Assembly: GCF_009834535.1 (NCBI RefSeq)
Contig: NC_045697.1
Location: 109,494,001-109,558,000 of the forward strand
Direction: 5' to 3'
Length of the DNA stretch: 64,000 nucleotides
Source: Camelus ferus
Lineage: Eukaryota
The translations under genes and the position numbers were made by a program. Shown here in pieces: positions 1-12,060 of this stretch. Each line of letters opens with the position of its first letter. Positions within the stretch are counted from its first letter, which is position 1. Under the pieces are notes generated by a model that had not been told where the DNA came from, searched no databases, and saw only the letters and a program-made list of their open reading frames with translations.

Positions 1-330
1 GATTCCAAGGGTGTTGGCTTCAGCAGCTGAAGGTGAAGAGTAAGGTGGGGTAAGGGGAAGAGTTTTGTTTTAAACTTAGTTTTTGAATGTCTTCTAGACT
101 TCCCAGTAGACCTGTAGGAGTGCTGGAATTGGAGAGAGGGCTGGGCCCAAGATGTGGGATTTGAAGACTGTATCAGATCAGTGAGTGAACGGTTGTAGAT
201 GGGAAAGGAGGAAGCCTGGGGCTGGATGGAGCCCAGGGGTCTCTGTGGAGAGAGGTGGGGGAGGAGGAGCCCAGAGAGTCAGGGAAGTGGAGCAAAGTAA
301 CAAGAAGTGTTTGGGAATTGAAAATTTAAA

Positions 331-930
331 AAAAATTGAAGTATAGTTATTTATAATGTTGTGTTAGTTTCTGGTGTACAGCGATTCAGGTATACATATA
401 TATAGTCTTAAATTTTTTTCCTTTTTTTGGCGGAGGGGAGAGAGAATTTATTTATTTTATTTTATTTAGTTGTCTAAAAAAATTTTTAAAGGAGGTACAG
501 GGGATTGAACCCAGGACCTTGTGCATACAAAGCACACACTTTACCACTGAGCTATACCCTCCCCCATATATGTATTATTTTTCATATTCTTTTTCATTAT
601 AGGTTATGGAAGATATTGACTTCAGTTTCTTGTGCTATACAGTAGAAAATTATTGTTTATTTATCTTATGTATAATAGTTTGTATCTGCTAATCCCAAAC
701 TCCTAAGTTATCCCTTCCCCTCTTCCCCTTTGGTAACCAGAAGTTTGTTTTCTATGTTTGTGAGTCTGTTTCTGTTTTATAAATAGGTTCATTTGTATCA
801 TTTTTTTTAGGTTCCACATATAAGGGATATTATGTGATATTTGTTTTTCTCTGTCTGGTTTACTTCACTTAGTATGATCATCTCCATGTCCATCCACGTT
901 GCTGCAAATGGCATGATTCCATTCTTTTAC
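331..930 (-). mobile_element. L1 3' end, 5'-truncated, interrupted by a SINE
   Basis: Typical laurasiatherian L1 3'UTR (ttgaagtatagtt...gttgtgttagtttctggtgtacagc...ccatccacgttgctgcaaatggc); gggaattg(a/g)aa on both flanks resembles a target-site duplication (TSD). Confidence 0.85.
422..565 (-). mobile_element. vic-1-type camelid SINE nested in L1
   Basis: Reverse complement reads GGGGAGGGTATAGCTCAGTGGTAAAGTG...GGTTCAATCCC (Pol III A/B boxes) plus A-rich tail. Confidence 0.9.
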
Positions 931-3900
931 CTTGAGGAGTGGTAGGGAATTGGAACTTTTGTTACCTTTTAAATAACTTATAAATGTGGAAATGTGTTAC
1001 TTGAATCAATCAAAAGAAATAATTACAAGTTGTATGTAAGATGAATGTACCTTCCTCTTACTCTTGAGTTTTCTGAAGGCACATACCTCTGAAAAGTGTT
1101 AATATTTTCAAAGATATTGAACCACTAGACAGTTTCAGAAAATCGGCAGCAGGGTGGAGGGAAGCGTTACCCGTCCCCGTCCCTGTCCCTCCCCCCCCCC
1201 CCCCCCCGACCCCGCTCCTAACATTGCCGGTCCGTGTTTTGGTAATTGCCTCCTCGCTTTCCTCTGTGTGTTTTTAGTTGTCATCGCGCTGCACATGCCC
1301 GTCTTGTTTCCCTGTATTTACTTGTTGGCAGCTTTCCCCGCCACGTTGCTATTATTATCTTCACAACTCGGTCTTTACTGGAGAGCTCTACTTGTTTTGC
1401 AATCGCTGTTCACTGATAAAACCTGACCCTTGCCTTGCCCTCCCTGCTCTGCTGGGCCCTGGAGCCGGGGCCGGCTTCACACTTGGTCTGAGAATGCGGG
1501 AAGGAGAGAGCGAAGTGCTGGACGAGCAAGACCCGGGCTGGCCTGGCCGGTGGGAGGGGAACCAGCCTGCAGGGCCGCACAAAGGGAGGGCGGGCCTGTG
1601 CCCAGGGGCCTCTGTCCTGGGCCCTAGTGACCTCGGGGCCATTCTTTCTTCCGTGACATCTTCAGTGATTGCATTTCAGTGCCTCAAGGCTTTGAAAGAG
1701 AAATTACAATTTAAAAGGAAGACTCTTCATGCACTATTTGCATATGAGTGGCGTCTGTATAATTAAGAACAATTAAATTCTCTGGGCTGGATTGAAAGGG
1801 AGGCGCCTGCTACTCTTTCAAGTGGGGTGCACCTGGAGCTGGCGCTCCCTTGAAGTAGGTTGGAGCCATTCTGCCCACCTCCCCAGCTCTACCGCCCTCC
1901 CCAATAAATGAAATTCTGAAAGATTCTTCAGCCTTGTCCCGATTTGCTTCTGTAGTCTTTCCTATTGAACGTGAATCTTTACTATTTTGCTTTGATGCTG
2001 GCCTAGAACTGACACGTTCCCTGCCCCCACCTCCCCCTGCTCTTTGCAAAGCTCTTTACATCCAAATTTCATTTAATCTCCTCACAGTGGACCCAGGGGG
2101 TGTTATCTTAATTTTACAGTAAACAGAAATTCTGGTTACATGGACATTAGATGATCTCAAGCATTCATCTGGCTCGTTGAGACTACCTTTGTGTATTGTT
2201 CTCTGATGGGGACCCAGTGAGTGACTCTAGGCCCTGGGACTCCAGCAGATTTCTTTCTTTCACTGCTATAACCCTCTTATCATCCTTGGACTCCTTTCTC
2301 CCGAGACTGACTAGGAAGCTGGACCCAGTCTGGCCCCCTTTTTCCCCTTCTGATTTTGCAGAAACTCTGCACTTCATCACGGTGTGGAAGAACTTTGGGT
2401 AGAGCAGGGAGACGGGCGTTTTCTAATGCAGGGTTCCCGCCAGCCACCCCCGGGGTGGGAGCTAGTGTGTGTCAATGACTGAGGAAGCTGCAGCAGTCTT
2501 TAAAGAGTAGAATAACTTTTACTCCCCGCGCCCTCTCTGCAGTGGGGATGGTGTTAGGCTCTGACTGGCAAGGCCCCTTCTGGGACTTTATTCCTAGAAG
2601 TGGGGACAGTCACCTTTGTGTTCCTTCCAGCATCTTTTGTAGTTCTGCTGTGGTCACGTGGTCTGGGTTCCCTGAAGTGTGTGACAAAGGTCCTTGGGGT
2701 CCCTGGGTGGGACAGGTCCCTGCCTGTGAGGTTATGAGGCAGGACAGGATGCTAGGTTCTGAACGAGAAGGTAGTTTTTGTGTGCCCAGATCTGAGGACA
2801 TTTCTCACTTGGCACCAGCCTGTGACCAAAGCCACCACAGGCCACCAGCACAGTCGGTGGCTTTCCCCAGTGTCGGGCAGCAGGACCAGCCTTTCTTTAC
2901 TCAGCAGTTTTCTTTGTCTTACTGTCAGGTTTGGGTTCCTTTTATTGCTTTCACCACTTAGCCTTCTGATTTATTGGGGAGCTCTGGTTCTGGACCACAG
3001 GAAAGGCTGGTGGTGCTGGAACTCACCTACCCGGAGTTGGCAGAGGCTGGGGGATGGCGCCGTTGTGTAGTGTGGGTTCTGTTGGGCAGTGGTCACTGGC
3101 AGTTTCTGGTGTTTGAAATGGGTGAGAGCTGTTTCAGTTAGTCTTAAGTTTTGAGGGAACGGAGTTACAAAATACCAGTGATTTAAAACATGATAGAGTT
3201 TTTTTTTTCTTTCTCTCTCTCATATGACACCTCTGGCTCCAGGAAGTCTTCAGGGAACCCACTCCCTCCAGCTCCCCGTGTTCCTTCCCCTAGGGTACCA
3301 GGCCTGGCACTCAGGGTGAATACATGGGATTAACAGCAGCAGATGGGAGGAAGGAGTGCAGGAAAGGGCCAGAGGCTTCCTGGCAGCCTCCACTCGAACC
3401 TTCCACTTACACCTCGTTTGCTGGAACCTGGTTCCGGGACCATTCCCAGCTGCAGGGGCTCCTGGGATATGTGCCCAGCTAAAAATTATACAGAAGATAG
3501 AGAGAAGGTTTATTAAGTGCCGAAGAACAGTCTTTGTCACAGAACCCTGGGAAAGAAAGCATGAAACCGTATTTCTCAAGGGAAAATTGCTTTTGACACA
3601 ACACATCTCCTCCATCCCTGGGAGAAAACCCAGCCCTTCTGCCTTGTGTTAAGGAGTACTTGTTTTTCTGGGCACACTCGGGATGATTTCTCCAGTGTCA
3701 GGAAGCCTCGGGTTTCATACGAGAAGAATCAGCGTTGAAGCCATTCTGACAGTGGGATTATATCCCATAAGCCGTGAGCTTGGCTCTTTGGGCAAGTATG
3801 GAGTATCTATCTGCTCGTGTGTTAAGTGGACAGCCTGATGGACCAACTAAGAAGAGCTTCTTCTACTTTTTTTTTTTTTTTAAGCTTACATCCAGAAGGT

Positions 3901-3931
3901 AAATTGTTTTTTTCTTTTAAAGAGAGAAGAC

Positions 3932-4156
3932 TTTTTTTTTTTTTTCATTTGGCATTTTTACTGCTAACAATCTATAGAAGTTTTAGTATTTAGTGCCAGG
4001 TCAGGCTTAAGGAGCAGTTTCTATTTCTTTTCTTTTCTTTTTTTTTTAACATTTTTTATTGATTTGTAATCATTTTACAATGTTGTATCAAATTCCAGTG
4101 TAGAGCACAATTTTTCAGTTATACATGAACATATATATATTCATTGTCACATTTTT
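3932..4156 (-). mobile_element. Short L1 3' end carrying a putative 3' transduction
   Basis: TSD gagaagactttttt on both sides; two poly(A) tracts separated by about 75 nt of unique sequence. Confidence 0.75.
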
Positions 4157-4214
4157 GAGAAGACTTTTTTAAAAAATGTTTTTATGAGATAATGTCTTTA
4201 TTCTTAAAGTTGCA

Positions 4215-4926
4215 TTTTTTAATTGAAGTGTAGTCAGTTTACAATGTTGTGTCAATTTCTGCTGTACAGCATAAAGTTTCAGTTATACATATACATACAT
4301 ATATTTGTTTTCACATTCTTTTTTCATTATAGGTTACTGCAAGATATTGAATATAGTTCCTTGTGCTCTACAGTAAAACCTTGTTGTTTATCTATCTATA
4401 GATAGATAGATAGATCTTGGTCTCCCAATTTATCCCTTCCCACCTCCCTCTACCGCTCCACCACCCTGGTAATCACATATTTGTTTTCTATGTCTTTGAG
4501 TCGGTTTCTGTTTTGTAGATAAGTTCATTTGTGTCCTTTTTAAAGATTCCACATATAAGTAATATCATAGGGTTATTTTTCTTTCTCTTTCTGGCTTACT
4601 TCTCTTAGAATGACGATTTTCAGGTCCATCCATGTTGTCACAAATGGCATTATTTTATTCTTTTTTATGTCTGAGTAGTATTCCATTGTATAAATATACC
4701 ACAGCTTCTTTATCCAGTCATCTGTTGATGGACTTTAGGTTGTTTCCATGTCTTGGCTATTGTATATAGTGCTGTTACGAACACTGGGGTGCATACATCT
4801 TTTCAAATTAGAGTTTCCTCTGGATATATGCCCAGGAGTGGGATTGCTGGATCATAGGGTAAGTCTATGTTTAGTTTTTTAGGAATCTCCATACTGTTTT
4901 CCATAAAGACTGCACCAAACTACATT
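4215..4926 (-). mobile_element. L1 3' end (3'UTR plus ORF2 C-terminus)
   Basis: L1 3'UTR motifs; the ORF-track peptide CSLVQSLWKTVWRFLK is the L1 ORF2 C-terminus. Confidence 0.92.
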
Positions 4927-5743
4927 TAAAGGGAGAAGACTTGAGCTTGTTGAATAGTGACATGTTGTCCAGGGAGTCCGAGGAGCAGGAGTGCCCCAGA
5001 CACACGAGTCGCTGTCGTGCAAGGCTAGCAGCCACTGTGTTCTTCCCAGCCCGCCCAGGCTTCAGGCCCCGCAGCCAGTGGGGCACGAGGCTGGCCTTCG
5101 AGGGACAGTTAAAAAGCTTAGGCATTTTTCATTAGATTTTTTTCCAACAGTATTGCTAATGTTCTTTGTAATTGCCTGAAGAGTGTTTCGATATACTTGC
5201 TCACAGTGGGATTAAAACATCAGTCAGTTCATTGTGTTTGAATTAACATGTTGCTCTGGGCCAGAAAGTTGTATAGGATTATTCTTTCATCCTACCAAGA
5301 AACTCCAAGAAATTACCGTTTGTACTTCCATTCTTATGTTACCAACCTTCCTGCGGCCCATATGCCTTCATTTGTCTTTTCCCCTTGTCTGGAACTTCTT
5401 CCTCTATTTTTACCTAAAGACAGCATCTCCGGCCTGTTGGCCCTACTCCAGTGCCACCTCTTTCAGAAAACTTTTCTGAACCGGCTCCACACCATCTTTC
5501 CCTCTTACGGACTTTGTTCCACTTTGTGTCCTGGTGAGACTGTCAGCCCGTGAAAGTTAGCTGGTCTCTCATTCTTCTTCGGATTCTTGGGTCAAACTGC
5601 CTTGGCTGCAGTAACGTCTAATGCAGGTAGAGAGAAAGAGTGAACGTCAGTGGGATTTGGCATTGTTGCTCTTATAGTACGAGTATGTTTATCTGCAGAG
5701 TTGCTTGAAAGGTCAGAGATGATCTTTAGAAAACAGCTTGTTC

Positions 5744-6035
5744 TCTGTGTCTGTGAATCCTTTTCTGTTATGATTACGAAAGGGGAAAGGAGTGGGAGAG
5801 GGATAAATCAGGAGCATGGGATTAACAGATACACACTACCATGTGTAAAATAAACAACAAGGGTTTCCTGTACAGCACAGGGAGCTCTTCAAATCTTGTA
5901 GTAATCTATAATGGAAAAGAATCCGAAGAAATATGTATACACACACACACGTGTATCTGTATAACTGAATCACTTTGCTGTATACCTGAAACTGATGGAG
6001 TATTGTAAATGCTCTATAGTTCAGTTGAAAAAAAC
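5744..6035 (+). mobile_element. L1 3' end with short 5' inversion
   Basis: ggggaaagg...gggattaacagatacacactac...poly(A); 5744-5769 is adjacent L1 sequence in reverse orientation; flanks aaaacagcttgttc / aacccaacttgttc. Confidence 0.85.
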
Positions 6036-6967
6036 CCAACTTGTTCATGTTCACAGAACTAATATCTAAATTTATATGGGCACTTTGGAAACTCAAAATT
6101 GCTTTTCTAAACATAGCTACAGTATTGCACAAACTTGCTTTGCCTGCCTATGACTGGGGAGGAAAGGCCTTTATACCCTGTCCCCCCATTCATTTGTCGT
6201 CTGTGTGAGTTTCTGCTTTGGCTTCCTCTTTCCCATGGGCAGCATCTGGCCAAGACGAATATCGCTAGAGATGTCTGATACTGAGTTACTGTTTCATGCT
6301 GACTTGCCCTAGAGGTGAATGGTGGTGCGGAATGCATTTTGTATTTTGCAGATTTCAAGATCATATTTAATTGTTTTAACATATAGCAGAGTCTAGGAAA
6401 AGATGTTAAATCTTTAAACCATGAGAAGCCATGCATTGCAGTAAAGAGAATGCTGGATGGGTGTTAGGAAACATGAGCTTAATTACTGGCCTTTTCTTTT
6501 ATAGGTTTTTACAAGGTTATTTAACCACTTAACCAAAGGAGGTCTTTATGACGTATGGACTGTGGTGTGATTAAATGTGTAAATGTAATAATATATTCTT
6601 TAAAGGGCAAATGTAATGCCTTTTGAATGTAAGGTCCTGCTAGTGAGACTAGAAGGTGGAAGCTGATTTGCGTGGTGTCAGCGTGTGGGGTCCCAGGACA
6701 GCCCTCAGCACCGGCTGCACGTGGAGCTAAAGAAGGTAGAGTCAGGGTCTCAACAGGGCTCCCGGTGGACAGGGTGGCTGTCACTCACCAGGCTGGGGAG
6801 ACAGTGCTGTGAGCTGATGGGGAGACTAAGTCCGATGCCCAGCTCCGTCTTGGGTTCCATCTGGAGGTGCCCGTGGACCATCTGCCGGGCGGCGTTCAGA
6901 TGGAAACACAAGTCTGAAGCTCAGCAGAGGCGTCCAGGCCGCAGATACACAGGCTTGGGGAATGAAT

Positions 6968-7325
6968 CAGTCAGACCACAGAAACCAACTCTGGCTGATT
7001 TAAGCAGAAAAGGAATTTATTGAAAAGATGTTGGGCAGTGCACAGAATCTCGAGGAAGACTTAAGAACCAGGCTCAGAAAACAAACAAGCCAAAAGGGGA
7101 CTTAGCAGCTAGAACCACAGCCAAACCGTGCCATGGAAGGAGGCTGCCAAGGACACTCCCACCCCTGCCGCTCACCCCGCTGCTGGTGGCTGTGGTTATC
7201 ACCCTCAGAGCCAGTCTCCACCTCCGGCACTCCTTGTGGCATCACCTCCTGGTGCCCTGCCTCAGGCAAGTGAATCAGGCTAAGTCTGAGTCATACGCCT
7301 GCAGCTAGGGTGCTGGCCAGGCTGC
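6968..7325. mobile_element. Probable MLT1-type (ERVL-MaLR) LTR relic
   Basis: cagaaaccaactctggctgatttaagcagaaaaggaatttattgaaaag resembles the recalled MLT1 consensus; boundaries approximate. Confidence 0.5.
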
Positions 7326-7336
7326 TAAAACTGGTA

Positions 7337-7557
7337 CAGTGGACCCTTCAGCAACGCGGGTTGGAGCTGCGTGGGTCCACTTAAATGCGATTTTTTTTCT
7401 GTAAATATGGACGACACGATCCGCAGTTGGTTGAATCCGTGGGTAGGGAACCGCGGATGCGGCAGGCGTCCCGAGGGCTGGACTGTAGTTATGCACAGAC
7501 TTTACACCATGTAGGGGCGGAGCTGCAAAATCCTAGCCCGTGTTCAGGGGTCACTTG
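7337..7557. mobile_element. Tigger2-family non-autonomous DNA transposon (MITE)
   Basis: Terminal inverted repeats cagtggacccttcagcaacgcggg / cccgtgttcaggggtcacttg, flanked by TA dinucleotides. Confidence 0.8.
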
Positions 7558-10500
7558 TAACTGATCTTTTCACAACCCAGAAGGGGTGACCGTGGGCAAT
7601 CTGTGAATGTGGTAAGGAAGCTAACGTGCTGGACAGCCAAAAAAATCCAGATGTTTGTATAGGAAAGCATCACTCTCTTGGTGATGGGTGAGCCTAGGGG
7701 GTGAGTGCGATTGGCTGGAAAGAGAGGGTGACCTGGTATAGGTGAGCAGAGGGGAGGACCTTCACGGAGGGCAGGAGCGGCCACAGAGCGGGGAGGAAGA
7801 CTGGACTATATTTCCTAGAAACCAAGGGAGGGCACTTCAAGAGAGGGTAGCTGGTGGAGAGATTAACTGAGCTCAGCCCTCAACATCACAGCTTGTTATC
7901 GTCGGTGACCTCAGCAAGAGCAGTCCTGGTTGCGGGAGGGGCAGGATGCCAGAGGGAAGCGGGGTGGGAGGCAGTGCAGAGGAGGGGCTCTGAACACACA
8001 TCATGGTCCCGTTCAGCTACCTGGCCACTGAGTGGGCTTTGGCAAGTTGTTCAAGCTCTCAACACGTCTGTGTCCTTGTGCGTGGAAGTGTGATAGTAAT
8101 AGCATTCACAGGGTGTGTGGGATTACGTGGGATGGTCAAGGGCTTGGTGCAGCATCCGGTACACTGTAAGTGCTCAATAAATGTGCTTGCTGTCATTGGT
8201 ACTTTCATGGGCAGTTGGGCTGCAAAGGGAAGAAGAGGACTTGAAGCAGGTAGGGACCATCGGGGGTCTTCTCAAGTAAGGGGCCGTGAGTTTCAGGTGT
8301 GTAAGTGGAGGAGAAAGACAGTGCTGGTAAGGAGATGGTGGAAATCCTGGGGAGGCAGGAAGCAGCTCTGAGGCCCTGGAATCAGCCCAGGACCCATGCA
8401 TTAAGGGGTGGTCGGGGTCACCTTGAAGGGAAAAGAACACCTCCTCTGTGGGTGAAGAAGGTCATCAGCAACTCAGGGGACAGACTGGTGTGGAGAACGT
8501 TTGTCCTGGCCTGGGAGGGCTTGGCCATCCGCTCTCCAAGTGGCTGAAAACCCCAGATGTCTTGTTGGCGAGAGCGCCTCCAACAGTCCGTTGTTGGTAT
8601 TGCTTCAAGTACTTGGCTCGGCTTTGACTTTGAAGCCAGAGGCTTTCTGTGAGTAGAAGAAAGTGGGAAAATCCTATTGTACCAAGTGACGTTTTCCCCC
8701 TCTGTGGGAATTTAGTGGGAAAAAGACTGGTTTCTGCATCCACTTTTAAGTGGTTCTTTGCAAGTGGTTGATTTACTGGGAAGAATGACATTTCTAACTT
8801 AAGTAGATTGTGTATTTCACATTTTTTTCCTCTCAGTAAACTTTTGGGGAGAAGCATTTTTTAAAATTAAAAGTCAAAAAGCCCAAGTTCCCTGGGAATA
8901 GCAACTACGTCCTAGAAACACCTGTTTCCTGCTCAAGGTCCAAGGGGGTTAACAGTCCCTACCTTCGGGAGTCTCCAGGTCTCTTCAAGGTGCCTCACCT
9001 TCTCTGACTCTAAGGAGAACAGCCCAGTAAGTGGCTCATTAAGTGGCTCATTAGCACAACATATCTTTCCTTGAATACTTCAGAGTCTAGACAGGAGCAT
9101 CATTTTGGTGTGGTCTACTTTGTTACCTTCCTGAGGCAGAGAGGGTCTGTGAAATGGGTGGGAAACCTTTCCTCTTGTTCCTGCAACCTTTTTGCCCTCA
9201 TCCAGTGGCTGAAACCATTGTCTTAACCTTAAAAATTAAAACAAACAAACAAAAAAGCCAAAACGTGCTGCTTCCCCTGGGGTGTTGAAAGAGTTTAGAT
9301 ATAAAAGGCAGCTAGCTGTGGATGTTGGGGCTTTGAGAAACAGATGAAAACCAGTCCATGTAGGAATATGGAAAACCAGGCAGTCCCACCCTCCCTGTCG
9401 GTGTTCACCGTGAAGTTGTCTCCTACCTGTTTGGCAAGGATGGCAGCCTCTGCAGTCCTGTCCTGAAACAGCAGTGTTTTCCAGAAGCTAGGTAGACCTG
9501 TAGGTTTACCGTGAAAAGGTCCAGCACAGACCCACAGCACAGGAGACTTGCTTCACGGAGTGATGGGGCGAGCGTCTAGCTTTGCCACTGTTCCCAGTCC
9601 CTGTGGTCCAGGAGCACCACCCGGGTAGCGGCACTGCTGTATGGGGCCGCCCTCCTTTCTGCACCGCTCACACCGCCTCCCTGGCTCTGTGCTCCCCACT
9701 CTACCAGGTGCTCAGAAGGTGTCTCCCAGTGTGGCTCCTGCACCCTCAGCCATTGCGTCTTCCCTCGCGCTGTTAGCTTTGCTGGAAGCACCTCCGTTCC
9801 ATTTCCACTTGGGGAAGCTCTCTGTTGAGTCCCGGCCCTTGATGGCCTTTCCTGATTCTTTTGGGTAGATTTCTTCTCTCCCCTCTTTGAACTCTCTTGA
9901 TCTTTGAGTTTTGCGCATTGGCACACGAGCCTTGTCCGGATGATCATCTTGAGGGGCAACTCTTCCTGAGCCGGCTGCTCCCCTGACCTCCCGTCCTGAG
10001 TGGCCCAGAGCTGCCGGGCTGGGTCCGGAGCCCCTGGGCCCTGTTGCTCACTCCCAAGAGGTGGAGCACCGCGTTGAAAATGATGTGTTTTGGTCACATA
10101 ACATTTGTGAATGGCCAGAACGGTTGGTGATAGTTAATTCATTTTTATATCTACGTTACTGGACTGAAGTTTTTTAAAGGGTGTGCCTGATATCGGCAGA
10201 TGGATTTAATTTGCCTCGGAAGAAGGACCGGACTTCCTAGTGCGTTTTTAAGGATCTCGGAGGCACCCAGTCCAACCCGTTCAGTTTGCCGAAGAGGGAA
10301 CCGAAGCCTTGTGTCCCATGCCGGGGCTCATGGCTGGGACCTGAACCGGGCTCTTCTGGTTTCTTTCCTCTTGTTTGTATTAGTTGCTTTTTCGAAGTGT
10401 GTTTCTTTGTTTTCTATATAGAGGAAAAAACGATGGCAAAAGTTAAAAAATAAAATAAGTCAGGTAGCCTTAGGCAAAGATATTCTTTCACAAAAGTGTG

Positions 10501-11477
10501 TGTAGAGTTCCTTGTCCGTATGTCCTGCCGCTGAAGGAAGGTGCAGCTCTTGGCAGAAGGTGGGCATCTTCAGAGTAAGGGCTGAGTGGGTGTGGGTTGG
10601 GGTCCATATAACTGAGATGCCTCAGCCCAGATCACTGGTACTTCCATGCCCTGTTCCTGTGCCTGCCTAGTCCTGTTACAAAAGCAAAATGGCCCCTCTT
10701 ATTTCTCTTTTTTACTAAAAGACTTTTCCTTATAATTATCTTGCAGATGGGGAAAGGGTGAAGATTAGAAATATGTGGTATGAATTTATGATTTATTTTC
10801 ACAAGATGCACGTGTTCATTTTATGGCAGTTGTGGGGACTCTGAGTGAAAGAGGCCAGGTGGACTTTGATGCAAAAGAATCACCCGTATTATTAAGGATG
10901 CAAATGTGAAGAGGTTAATGCTGACTCTGGAGGGAAAGGGGAAAAGGGGAGACATTTTATCTTTTTATTTCTGTAGCTCTTGAGGCTTAAGTTATTTTTT
11001 TTTGAACTTGTGGATTTAGGAATGAAAGCGTTGGCATCTTTTAAACACAGTGAAGTTTCCTCGCTAGCCCTGATGTTTGAGGAGAGTTGCTGATGTCTGT
11101 GCTTGATGAAATTTCAGCAGTTTGCTGCTTTTTCCCTCTTTGGTCTTTAACCAGTGCTTGAGGTCGTGTATGTGTGTGAGAACTCTCCATGTCTACACCT
11201 GTGTCTAAAATGGTTTTATCTATGAGAACTTACTTTTAAATTTAGAGAGTGGTGTTAAATCTCCTTGTGTAACTTGATCTAGGTTCCAAATTGTCAAGAG
11301 AATAGAAACTGACTAGTGAGAAAAGATGAATCTGTTCTATGGCTTTTAGGAAGAAATACTGACATGGGTTTATTTCTCCATTGTGAGGTCAAAATAGAGT
11401 CTCTTTGCAGTAAGAGAAATTCCCGCTATTTCTACCTTACTGCTTTAGGTTGGACTTTAATCTGATTTGTTTAATCT

Positions 11478-11608
11478 TTTTTTTTTTTTTATTGTGGGGG
11501 AGGTAATTACATTTATTTATGTATTTATTTAATGGCGGTACTGGGGATTGAACCCAGGACCTCGTGCATGCTAGCCATGAGCTCTACCACCGAGCTACAC
11601 TTTCTCCC
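11478..11608 (-). mobile_element. vic-1-type SINE
   Basis: A/B boxes and taattacctcccc tail; TSD ttaggttggac(t/c)tta at 11445 and 11609. Confidence 0.92.
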
Positions 11609-11849
11609 TTAGGTTGGACCTTAGATGCCCGATTTTCATTGGGTGTGTGAAACTTCCTGATTGTAGGACTTAGAAAAGTCTGTTACGGTATGAGCCAGGC
11701 CAGGTTTCTATTTCATTTGTTCTGTTCAGAGTTAATTACTGCTACCCTGTTTGGGACCTTTAAATCCCGAGGTCAGCTCTGACTCCAGGCTCCGTTGGCT
11801 CCTGGATCTGTTCCCACTGCTTTTCCTGTTAGATGAGCACCGTCCTCTT

Positions 11850-12060
11850 AGTAACACGACCTAATATTTATTGCACTTAACTATGTGCCAGGCATGAGGC
11901 AAAGGCCTTGTTATTTGGTTTTAACCTCATGGTGACTATAAAGAGGGTACTGTTGTCATCTTCATCTTACAGACAGTAAGGCTGAGACTGAGAAGCTGAG
12001 TGACTGGCCCACGCAGGAGTAGAAAGTGGTGGTTTTGCACCTGAGCTCTAAAGCTCTCTC
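11850..12060 (-). mobile_element. MIR relic
   Basis: tttattgcacttaactatgtgccaggc...catcttacagacagtaaggctgagactgagaagctgagtgactggcccac resembles the MIR core. Confidence 0.65.

Noticed and set aside
9029..9053. 12-bp tandem duplication aagtggctcatt
   Set aside because: A common slippage event with no sign of function.
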